Positions 18,072-25,772 of a stretch of 64,000 nucleotides of DNA are shown here, piece after piece. How positions within the stretch are numbered: position 1 is the stretch's first letter; every line of letters starts with the position of its first letter. Both the position numbers and the translations under genes were made by a program. The DNA is from Acidimicrobiia bacterium (GTDB lineage Bacteria > Actinomycetota > Acidimicrobiia > Acidimicrobiales > JANYDT01), in contig JANYDT010000218.1 of assembly GCA_025359845.1 (NCBI GenBank), forward strand, positions 10,671-74,670, in the 5' to 3' direction. The notes beneath the pieces were generated by a model, which saw only the letters and a program-made list of their open reading frames with translations, was not told the DNA's origin and made no database searches.

Positions 18072-18293
18072 GTGGGCGCCGCATGTGTCGATGCAAACGT
18101 TGTGTCCGCCATGTCGTCTTCCGTTCGCTCGGCCGATCCACGCATCGCCGAGGCCCTTCGCCTACCCGTGATGGAGCGCCACACCATCCTGAACGACCTC
18201 CGTCTGCGCCGCCGCAGCCGAAAGGTCGGAACAGCGGTGCATGACCGCTTCAAGATCTCGCTGCCGTGGGACGATCACGTCGGCCTCGCCTGA
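18072..18293 (+). CDS. Hypothetical small protein (73 aa)
   Basis: GTG 18072 is preceded by GGAGGAG with a 6-nt spacer. Third positions are mostly G/C. No family recognised. Confidence 0.3.
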   Translation: MGAACVDANVVSAMSSSVRSADPRIAEALRLPVMERHTILNDLRLRRRSRKVGTAVHDRFKISLPWDDHVGLA

Positions 18294-18323
18294 GGCTCCC
18301 ACTACCCCGTACGCTTCCAGCCC

Positions 18324-19118
18324 ATGAGCATGGGCCCAATTTGCGATGACCTTCTAGCCGAAACGGCCGATCTGACCCGAGCATTGGCTCGGCTGAGCGA
18401 TGACGAGTGGCGCATGGCAACTCCCGCCGAAGGATGGTCGATCCGAGACACGATCGCCCATCTCGCGTTTTTTGATGGGACGGCCACGCTCGCCGCGACC
18501 GACGCAGACGCGTTCGCGGTTTCGACCAAGGCCATTTTCGATCGGCCCGACCCGATGGCCGCGGCGACCGATACCGCCGGGGCCCGAAATGGCGCGGCGA
18601 TGCTGGCCTGGTTCGATGGGGAACGGTCATCGATGGTCGAGGTTTTCCGAACGCTCGATCCGAAAACCCGCATCCCGTGGTACGGCCCGGCCATGGCCGC
18701 CACCAGCTTCGCCACTGCCCGACTGATGGAGACGTGGGCGCACGGCCAGGACGTGTTCGACGCGCTCGGGGTGACTTGCGCGGCCTCTGACCGGTTGCGC
18801 CACGTCGCCCACATCGGCGTGCGCGCCCGTCCCTTCAGCTACGCCACCAACAAGAAGGCGATGCCCGCCGGCAACGTACGGGTCGAACTTCAGTCCCCCA
18901 GTGGCGGCGAGCCGTGGGTCTGGAATGACGAGGAGCACGAGCACGTCGTGAGTGGATCGGCTCTCGACTTCTGCCTCGTCGTCACGCAGCGCCGCCACAT
19001 CGCCGACACCGACCTCGCCGTGCACGGCGCTCGAGCCGAAGACTGGATTCCGATCGCCCAAGCCTTTGCCGGCGGTCCCGGCGGCGGCCGCCGGCCCGGT
19101 CAATTCCCGCGGCGGTAG
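18324..19118 (+). CDS. DinB/maleylpyruvate-isomerase-like metal-binding protein (TIGR03084-type, mycothiol-dependent family)
   Basis: N-terminal DinB-like helix bundle (WSIRDTIAHLAFFD, RLMETWAHGQDV). Confidence 0.6.
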   Translation: MSMGPICDDLLAETADLTRALARLSDDEWRMATPAEGWSIRDTIAHLAFFDGTATLAATDADAFAVSTKAIFDRPDPMAAATDTAGARNGAAMLAWFDGERSSMVEVFRTLDPKTRIPWYGPAMAATSFATARLMETWAHGQDVFDALGVTCAASDRLRHVAHIGVRARPFSYATNKKAMPAGNVRVELQSPSGGEPWVWNDEEHEHVVSGSALDFCLVVTQRRHIADTDLAVHGARAEDWIPIAQAFAGGPGGGRRPGQFPRR

Positions 19119-19139
19119 CGCCTCGCAAAGACTCCGGCC

Positions 19140-20750
19140 TTAGTTGACGGCTTTGTCTTTGCCCTGCCAATAGGGCGCGCGAAGATCGCGCTTGAGAATC
19201 TTGCCGGCGCCCGACTTGGGGAGGGCCTCGCTGCGAACGTTGACCGACCTCGGGACCTTGTAGCCGGCGATTTGCTCCCGACAGGTTGCCACGATCTCAT
19301 CGGCGGTCACGGTGGCGCCGGCTTTGGTCACCACTACGGCGTGGACCATTTCGCCGAAGGTTTCGTGAGGAATTCCGAAGACCGCGACTTCGAGCACGGC
19401 CGGATTACGGAAAATGGCATTCTCGACTTCGGTCGTATAGATATTTTCACCCCCAGAAATGATCATGTCCTTGGCCCGATCGACGATGAAGAGATAGCCG
19501 TCATCATCAGCCCAGGCCACGTCACCACTCGCATACCAACCGTTGCCCACGAGGGCTTTGGATGTCTCTTCCGGACGATTCCAGTAGCCCATCATGATGT
19601 TCGGGCCTCGCACATGGACCTCGCCGGGCTCACCGGTATTGCAACGAGTGCCGTCGGGCCTACGGACCTCGACCTCAACTCCCGGGACGGGTTGTCCGCA
19701 GCTGGCCAGCCGAGCGCGATACGGCTCCTCGCCCGCTGCGCCCCGTCTATTGTCGTCAGCTTGCGTTGACGTGACGATCGGCGCCGCCTCGGTCATTCCG
19801 TACAGCTGGACGAAGGAGCATGGCAGCACCTCACATGCCTTCAGAAGCACCTCGATGGGCATCGGCGAGGCCCCGAACATGAGGAGTCGCCACGCCGAGA
19901 AGTCACGCTCCTTGACCGAAGGATGGTTCACCAACATGTTGATCATGGTCGGAACTATTAGCGAAACCGTGACCCGCTCGGCCTCAACCGTCCGGGCAAA
20001 CAGGTCGGGCTCGAATCCAGCAATGCAGATGTGGGCGCCTCCCACAAACGTGAAAGCGAACGTACTCGACGCGTCAGCTGCGTGAAACATGGGGGCGGCG
20101 TGAATGAAACGATCCTGCGGGCGAATCGGGTTCGACATCAACATATGCTTGGCGTTGGCCAGCAGGTTGCCGTGGCTCTGCATGACGCCCTTGGGCAGGC
20201 CGGTCGTGCCGCCGGTGTACGAGATCGCAGCCAGCGTGTCGAAGGTGATTGCGGCCAGATCGGGATGGGTCGGATCGAGGGGTGTCGCTGCGCACAGGTC
20301 GTCCCAGTGAACCCAGCCTTCGGGCGCGAGCCCGTCCCCGGCGAATACCAGAACCTCGATACACCCGCAGCGACGCTTCAGCTCACGGGCCACTTCAAGG
20401 TACGCGCTATCGGCCACAAGAGCGCGTACGGCGCAGTCGTTGACGATGAATTCCAGCTCGGCTACCGCCAAGCGGTAGTTCAAGTCGTTGAGCACCATTC
20501 CGGCCGCCGGTATGCCCACCCAGCATTCGAGGTGGCGGTAGGTATTCTGAGCGATAGTGGCTACGACATCGCCGTTGCGCAGGCCGATATCGCGCAGTCC
20601 CGTCGTCAGACCGTGAATGCGGCGGCCCCACTGGGCGTAGGTGAGCCGGACCGCGCCGTCAACGACGGCTTCACCGGTAGGGTTCGTGGCCAGCGCGCGA
20701 GTTAGCGGCCACGCCAGTGTGCCTTGGGTGGTTGTGCCTTGGGTGGTCAC
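19140..20750 (-). CDS. AMP-dependent acyl-CoA synthetase (FadD-like)
   Basis: AMP-binding motif YTGGTTGLPKGV and C-terminal GWYASGD...GRAKDMIISGGENIY. GTG start. Confidence 0.85.
   Translation of the reverse strand: MTTQGTTTQGTLAWPLTRALATNPTGEAVVDGAVRLTYAQWGRRIHGLTTGLRDIGLRNGDVVATIAQNTYRHLECWVGIPAAGMVLNDLNYRLAVAELEFIVNDCAVRALVADSAYLEVARELKRRCGCIEVLVFAGDGLAPEGWVHWDDLCAATPLDPTHPDLAAITFDTLAAISYTGGTTGLPKGVMQSHGNLLANAKHMLMSNPIRPQDRFIHAAPMFHAADASSTFAFTFVGGAHICIAGFEPDLFARTVEAERVTVSLIVPTMINMLVNHPSVKERDFSAWRLLMFGASPMPIEVLLKACEVLPCSFVQLYGMTEAAPIVTSTQADDNRRGAAGEEPYRARLASCGQPVPGVEVEVRRPDGTRCNTGEPGEVHVRGPNIMMGYWNRPEETSKALVGNGWYASGDVAWADDDGYLFIVDRAKDMIISGGENIYTTEVENAIFRNPAVLEVAVFGIPHETFGEMVHAVVVTKAGATVTADEIVATCREQIAGYKVPRSVNVRSEALPKSGAGKILKRDLRAPYWQGKDKAVN
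20718..20747 (-). repeat. Perfect 15-bp tandem duplication directly after the start codon of the acyl-CoA synthetase
   Basis: tgtgccttgggtggt x2 on the plus strand, encoding M-TTQGT-TTQGT-LAW. Confidence 0.8.
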
Positions 20751-20785
20751 GAACGCCCGCCGAACCGAATCGGAGGACGCTGCGA

Positions 20786-20839
20786 CCCGCCAGAAGGATG
20801 CCAGCAGCCACTTCGGCGGGAACCCGGTCCGAAGCCGGG
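20786..20839 (-). other. Two adjacent GC-rich hairpins 50-100 nt downstream of mftA
   Basis: Minus-strand RNA CCCGG-CUUCGGA-CCGGG (20823-20839), then CCCGCCGAAG-[14 nt]-CUUC(U)GGCGGG (20786-20820). No U tract follows. Confidence 0.35.
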
Positions 20840-20886
20840 CACAGGGGGGCGAAGCGAGAATGGCATATGGGGGGTGCGTTTATCGA

Positions 20887-21006
20887 CTAGTAAACGCCAC
20901 ACATGCCATCGATAGAAATTTCTTCGATCAGCAATTCATCGTCGACCAGTTCGTCGTCGAGCGAGTCTTCGATTTCGACGTTGGGGTTAGCAGTGAGGGT
21001 TGACAC
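20887..21006 (-). CDS. mftA: Mycofactocin precursor peptide MftA
   Basis: GTG-STLTANPNVEIEDSLDDELVDDELLIEEISIDGMCGVY-TAG has the invariant C-terminal IDGMCGVY. GGAGGA lies 8 nt upstream of the GTG. This is the 3' part of track ORF 20887..21072. Confidence 0.9.
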   Translation of the reverse strand: MSTLTANPNVEIEDSLDDELVDDELLIEEISIDGMCGVY

Positions 21007-21017
21007 GGAACGGTTCC
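21007..21017. promoter_or_regulatory. Palindrome GGAACGGTTCC filling the 15-bp gap between the mftA and mftF start codons
   Basis: Read directly from the sequence. It overlaps the mftA Shine-Dalgarno (GGAGGAA on the minus strand). Confidence 0.3.
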
Positions 21018-21021
21018 TCCG

Positions 21022-22497
21022 ATGACGGTGACGGGCGGGCAGTCCCCGCAGCATATCGAGTTGCCAGGGCACACTCGGCTTCGCCTCGATCCGAGCGCCG
21101 AACGCCTTGCCGGACGCGACTGTCGGACGGTGATCATGGGCGGTTCGCCGCTACGGCTGATGCGTCTCGATCAACGCGGCATCAAGGTATTCGACCAGCT
21201 CGGGTCGGGGATTCGCCTCGATTCGGTCACCAGTGCGTCGCGACGGGCTATCGCCAACCTGGCCCGACGGTTGCTCGATGGGGGCCTGGCCCACCCGGAT
21301 TGGTCGAGCGAACCCGACGCCGTTTCGCCCACTCCTTCCGGACGGTTTACGGCGGCCGATGTGACCGTGGTGGTGCCGGTGAAGGACCGCCCGGAGCAAT
21401 TGGCCCGCCTCCTGGCTTCGGTCGGGCCGGGGCCGGTAATCGTGGTCGACGACGGATCGGCGGTGCCAGTCGGCCACCTTCCGGCCAACGTCGAGGTGGT
21501 CCGCCACAACCAATCCCGCGGGCCAGGAGCAGCCCGCAACACCGGCTTCGCGCATGCGACCACGGCCCTCGTTGCGTTCGCCGACTCCGATGTCGTGCTG
21601 CCCGGCGGTTGGCTCGACGCCCTGCTCCCCCATTTCGACGACCCGGCGGTCGGGCTCGTTGCGCCTCGCATCGCGCCTCTGGTGTCCGATGGCTCGGTGC
21701 TGACCCGCTACGAAGCGGCCCGATCGTCGCTCGATCTCGGGCCCCTGCCGGCCAGGGTCGCGCCGCGCACGCGGGTTGGCTACGTTCCGGCCGCAGTCCT
21801 GCTCGTGCGCCGCGAGGCCTTCGATGGGTTTCTCGAAGCCATGCCGGTGGGCGAAGACGTCGACGCCGTCTGGCGGCTCATCGCCCGGCACTGGACCGCC
21901 CGCTACGAACCGGCCAGCACCGTTCAACACGACCACCGGACCCGCTTCGTCGACTTTCTCCGTCGCCGTGCTGAGTATGGATCCAGCGCCGCTCCCCTCG
22001 CCTTGCGACACCGTCACGATGTGACCCCGCTCGCCGTCTCGGGGTGGAGCGCCTTCGCCTGGGGGTTGCTCGCGACCCAAACGCCATTGGGTATTGCCGG
22101 CGCGCCTCTCGTGGCCGGAGTCACCACAGCAATGCTGCCGGGCAAACTCAAATCGCTCGCCGAACCCAACCATGTCGCGGTCCGGCTCGGCCTCCGCGGC
22201 CATCTCGGCGCCGGCCGCCAGATCGCGTCGGCGATCATGCGGGCGTATCTCCCAATGGCCGTGCCGCTCGCCGTCGGATCGCGAAGGGCTCGCAGGGCGC
22301 TGCTCGCGGCCGCCGTCGTGCCGGCCTTGCTCGAATGGCACGAGCGGCGCCCCCCTATCGACGCGCCGCGGTGGGTGTTGTTGCGCTGCGCCGACGACGC
22401 GGCCTATTGCGTCGGAGTATGGATAGGCGCGATCGAACACCGCACCATCGCGCCGCTGGTTCCTGACTTCACCAGTTGGCCCCGCACTAGAAAGTGA
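21022..22497 (+). CDS. mftF: Mycofactocin-system glycosyltransferase MftF (GT2 family)
   Basis: GGSPLRLMRL N-terminal region, VTVVVPVKD...VIVVDDGS...RGPGAARNTG...FADSDV...GEDVDAVWRL...QHDHR, C-terminal membrane-like half. Colinear with M. tuberculosis MftF as I remember it. Confidence 0.85.
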   Translation: MTVTGGQSPQHIELPGHTRLRLDPSAERLAGRDCRTVIMGGSPLRLMRLDQRGIKVFDQLGSGIRLDSVTSASRRAIANLARRLLDGGLAHPDWSSEPDAVSPTPSGRFTAADVTVVVPVKDRPEQLARLLASVGPGPVIVVDDGSAVPVGHLPANVEVVRHNQSRGPGAARNTGFAHATTALVAFADSDVVLPGGWLDALLPHFDDPAVGLVAPRIAPLVSDGSVLTRYEAARSSLDLGPLPARVAPRTRVGYVPAAVLLVRREAFDGFLEAMPVGEDVDAVWRLIARHWTARYEPASTVQHDHRTRFVDFLRRRAEYGSSAAPLALRHRHDVTPLAVSGWSAFAWGLLATQTPLGIAGAPLVAGVTTAMLPGKLKSLAEPNHVAVRLGLRGHLGAGRQIASAIMRAYLPMAVPLAVGSRRARRALLAAAVVPALLEWHERRPPIDAPRWVLLRCADDAAYCVGVWIGAIEHRTIAPLVPDFTSWPRTRK

Positions 22498-22530
22498 GGC
22501 GGCGCACTAGAAAGTGAGGCGGAGTGAGGC
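22484..22530. repeat. 20-bp tandem duplication spanning the mftF stop codon
   Basis: GCACTAGAAAGTGAGGCGGC / GCACTAGAAAGTGAGGCGGA / GTGAGGC. The first unit carries the TGA at 22495-22497. Confidence 0.8.
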
Positions 22531-22544
22531 TCTACGCTGGCGCC

Positions 22545-23591
22545 ATGGCCTTGGAGTTCGTGCGCGAGTTGGAGTTCGAATACGGGCGGGTCGACCGCGT
22601 GGCGCCGCGCATCCGACGGGTGATCGCCAACAACCCTGGTCCCTTCACCTATCTCGGCACGGGCACATACATCGTCGGGACGGGCGAGGTGGCGGTCATT
22701 GATCCGGGGCCTGACGATCCTGTCCACTTGGCCGCCCTTGAGGCCGCGCTCATGGGCGAGACGGTCACGCACATCTTCGTGACCCACACCCACCGCGACC
22801 ATTCGCCCGGTGCCCTTCCCCTCCAGGAGCGGACGAAGGCGCCAACGTACGCATTCGGCCCCCATCCGCACAGTGACGAACCGCCGGAGCCAGTCACCGC
22901 GGAGGAGGCCCAGGCGGCAGAGAAGGCGGCGGCGCAGAAGGCCGCAACGGAGAAGGCCGCTACGGACCAGACTGAGGCCGGAGACGGCGACCCGACCAGC
23001 CACTCTGCGCCCAACCCCCAGAGACTCGAAGACAGCTACGACGCGGCCTTTTCGCCCGACATCCACCTTCGCGACGGCGACGTGGTCAACGGCACCGACT
23101 GGTCGATCGAAGCGGTATACACGCCCGGGCATATTGCCAACCACCTCTGTTTCGCCCTTCGCGAGGAGCGGGCCCTGTTCAGCGGTGACCACGTCATGGG
23201 CTGGTCGACCTCGGTGATCTCCCCACCGGCCGGCGATATGACCGCCTACCTGGCGAGTCTGGCCAAACTGCTCGACCGGCCCGAAATCACATACTGGCCA
23301 ACGCACGGCCCGGCCCTAACCGAACCGCTCCCTCATGTACGCGGTCTCATCGGGCACCGCCAGGATCGCGAGGCCGGGGTCCTCCAACGCGTCGGCGCGG
23401 GAGACCGGTCAGTAGGCGAACTCGTCACGTCGCTCTACGTGGGGCTCGACCCTCGCCTCGTGAAGGCCGCCGGCCGTAGCGTGCTGGCGCACCTGCGCAA
23501 GCTCGTGGCCGAGGGTCGAGTGGACTGGGAGCCTGATCCAGCCTACGACACGGGCGTGCCCAATACGACGTCTATATACTATATCGGTTGA
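22545..23591 (+). CDS. MBL-fold metallo-hydrolase with an internal Ala/Lys/Glu-rich insertion
   Basis: HxHxDH motif FVTHTHRDHSPG and downstream YTPGHIANH. Insertion EEAQAAEKAAAQKAATEKAATDQTEAGDG. ATG 22545 lies inside track ORF 22524..23591. Confidence 0.8.
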   Translation: MALEFVRELEFEYGRVDRVAPRIRRVIANNPGPFTYLGTGTYIVGTGEVAVIDPGPDDPVHLAALEAALMGETVTHIFVTHTHRDHSPGALPLQERTKAPTYAFGPHPHSDEPPEPVTAEEAQAAEKAAAQKAATEKAATDQTEAGDGDPTSHSAPNPQRLEDSYDAAFSPDIHLRDGDVVNGTDWSIEAVYTPGHIANHLCFALREERALFSGDHVMGWSTSVISPPAGDMTAYLASLAKLLDRPEITYWPTHGPALTEPLPHVRGLIGHRQDREAGVLQRVGAGDRSVGELVTSLYVGLDPRLVKAAGRSVLAHLRKLVAEGRVDWEPDPAYDTGVPNTTSIYYIG

Positions 23592-23666
23592 GGATTACGG
23601 CTGGTCAGAGCATCTATTGGTGATGTGCGACCCACGCCGCAGCGCGAGCTCGGGTAGCGTCGCGAC

Positions 23667-24680
23667 GTGGAGTTCGACGACAAAGCCAATCTAGACACCA
23701 GCCAGGTCGACGACATCCGCGGCCAGGGCGCCGGTGGAGGCGGCGACGGCGACGGAGGGGGTGGAGGCGGAATGTTCGGTGGAGGCGCGGGTGGAGGAAG
23801 GTTCCCTATACCGGGCCGAATGGCCGCAGGAGGGGGCGGGGCCATGCTGCTCATCCTCGGCCTCATTCTCAAGGCGTGGCTCGGTGGCGGAGGGGGCGGT
23901 GCGTTCAACCTTCCGGGTGCCCGGAGCCAGTCCGTCCAGGTGCAACCGCAGAACCCCGACGCCGTGCAACTGGGCCGGGGGGCAACGTCGGGTGTCACCC
24001 AGAACTGCAAGACCGGCGCGGATGCCAATCGGCGCCAGGATTGTCGCATCGTAGGCATCGCCAACTCGGTGCAGGCCTATTGGGCCGATGATCTACCCCG
24101 TCGCGGCAAAGAATACGTCAAAGCCAAGACGGTGCTCTTCAGCGGCAGGGTCACGACCGGGTGTGGTGGCGCCACCGCCGCGGCGGGACCATTCTATTGC
24201 CCGGCTGATCAGCGTGTGTACCTCGACCTCGATTTCTTCAAGGTATTCGAATCGCAGTTCGGTGGTACCGACACGCCCTTCACTGAGGCCTACGTGATCG
24301 CACACGAATACGGCCACCACGTCCAGAACCTGCTCGGCATCTCTGCGAAAGTGGAGAAGTCCGGCGACCGTCAAGGCGCCACGTCATCCTCCGTCCGACT
24401 CGAACTCCAGGCTGACTGCTTCGCCGGAGTGTGGGCCAAAAACGCAACGTCAGGACCGAGTCCGCTCATCGTCAACCTGACCGAGAAAGACATCACCGAA
24501 GGACTCGACGCCGCCGCCAAAGTCGGCGACGATTACATTCAGAAGAACCTCGGCGGCGGTCGCGTGAACCCCGACGCCTGGACCCACGGATCGTCGGAAG
24601 AACGCCAACGGTGGTTCCGCAACGGTTACAAGACAGGAGAACTGACCGACTGCGACACCTTCAACACCGATACGCTCTAA
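23667..24680 (+). CDS. YpfJ-type neutral zinc metallopeptidase with Gly-rich N-terminal region and one TM segment
   Basis: HEYGHHVQ zinc motif, GPFYCPADQRVYLDL, RLELQADCFAGVW. Confidence 0.8.
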   Translation: MEFDDKANLDTSQVDDIRGQGAGGGGDGDGGGGGGMFGGGAGGGRFPIPGRMAAGGGGAMLLILGLILKAWLGGGGGGAFNLPGARSQSVQVQPQNPDAVQLGRGATSGVTQNCKTGADANRRQDCRIVGIANSVQAYWADDLPRRGKEYVKAKTVLFSGRVTTGCGGATAAAGPFYCPADQRVYLDLDFFKVFESQFGGTDTPFTEAYVIAHEYGHHVQNLLGISAKVEKSGDRQGATSSSVRLELQADCFAGVWAKNATSGPSPLIVNLTEKDITEGLDAAAKVGDDYIQKNLGGGRVNPDAWTHGSSEERQRWFRNGYKTGELTDCDTFNTDTL

Positions 24681-24684
24681 TTTC

Positions 24685-25353
24685 TCAGCGTGGCGAGTTT
24701 CTAAGCGTGGCGAGCGCCACGTCGGGCACGTTGGTAATGATCGCATCCACGCCCATGGCCGCGAGTTCGCGCATGCGGGCGGGCTCATCGACAGTCCACA
24801 CGTTCACTTGAAGGCCCAACCGGTGCGCCTCGTCAACCAACGTTGACGTGACTTCTGATTCGTTGGGGTGCACCGCGCAATGGCCGGCGGCAACCATTTC
24901 GAGCAACGACAGACGCGGTGTCTTCACGTAGAGGTAACCCGTTCGAAGCGACGGATCGGCCCTGCGGACGGTTGCGATCGTGGCGGCGTTGAACGAGCTG
25001 ACGAGCATAAGGTGACCGTCGCCGCGCTTTGCCAGCAGCGCGGCCACTTCGATCGCGATCGAATCGGACGGATCGAAATCGGGGTCCCGCGGGCTGTTCT
25101 TGATCTCGATGTTCACCTCCATGTCGAGCGCGCCGCACAGGTCAAGCGCTTGAAGGAGAGTCGGCGCTCCAGGCGGACGGACGTCGAAAGGATTGTGATG
25201 AATCACCAGTTCGCCGTCGGAGGCTCGCCGTACATCGAGTTCGACCATCGCCGCCCCCATTCGTGCGGCCAGAGCGAACGCTTCCAGGGTGTTTTCGGAC
25301 GCGGCCTTCGACGCTCCCCGATGAGCGACGACCATCGGTCGAACGTGCGGCAT
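24685..25353 (-). CDS. Glycerophosphodiester phosphodiesterase family protein
   Basis: VVAHRGASKAASENTLEAF...VELDVR. Start is taken at ATG 25353 inside track ORF 24685..25650. Confidence 0.8.
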   Translation of the reverse strand: MPHVRPMVVAHRGASKAASENTLEAFALAARMGAAMVELDVRRASDGELVIHHNPFDVRPPGAPTLLQALDLCGALDMEVNIEIKNSPRDPDFDPSDSIAIEVAALLAKRGDGHLMLVSSFNAATIATVRRADPSLRTGYLYVKTPRLSLLEMVAAGHCAVHPNESEVTSTLVDEAHRLGLQVNVWTVDEPARMRELAAMGVDAIITNVPDVALATLRNSPR

Positions 25354-25384
25354 AGCTTGAGCATCGCACGAGTGCGAGCCGTTC

Positions 25385-25418
25385 GCGTCGGGCCACCTGC
25401 GTCGGGCCACTAGCGTCG
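25385..25418. repeat. 14-bp-period direct repeat GCGTCGGGCCAC x2 plus GCGTCG in a divergent promoter region
   Basis: GCGTCGGGCCAC ct GCGTCGGGCCAC ta GCGTCG, ending 4 nt before ATG 25423. Confidence 0.7.
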
Positions 25419-25422
25419 AAGC

Positions 25423-25728
25423 ATGTCCCTCGTGATCCTCGCCGATGTCCGCATCAAGTCCGACGCCCACGACGCGGTTCGCGCCGCGGGCGTGAAGATG
25501 TGCGCGGCGACGATGCTCGAACCCGGATGCCATCGATACAACTTCGCCTTCGACATGGCCGAACCCGACCTCGTGCGCATCTCTGAAGAATGGGAAAGCG
25601 ACGCTGCGCTGGCCGAGCACTTCGCCAGCCCGCACATGGCCGAGTTTCAATCGGCTCTAAAGAATCTGGCCGTTGCGGGCGGCGGAGGTTCGAAGTACGA
25701 GTTCACCAGCAAAGGACCGGTCCGGTAG
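25423..25728 (+). CDS. Antibiotic-biosynthesis-monooxygenase (ABM) domain protein
   Basis: About 100 aa with the typical ferredoxin-like ABM pattern (EPGCHRYNF...ISEEWESDAALAEHFASPHM). Confidence 0.7.
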   Translation: MSLVILADVRIKSDAHDAVRAAGVKMCAATMLEPGCHRYNFAFDMAEPDLVRISEEWESDAALAEHFASPHMAEFQSALKNLAVAGGGGSKYEFTSKGPVR

Positions 25729-25772
25729 CGCAGTGTTGCGCGACCTCCACCCTTGGTCGTCGAGTCACCGCA

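Noticed and set aside
21151-22440. 429-aa ORF antisense to mftF (also 10359..11288, 22404..23306, 26288..27427, 54101..55372, 55678..56823, 32753..34126)
   Set aside because: All of these lie opposite genes with clear family motifs, have Arg/Gly/Pro-dominated low-information sequences, and show the wrong third-position bias.
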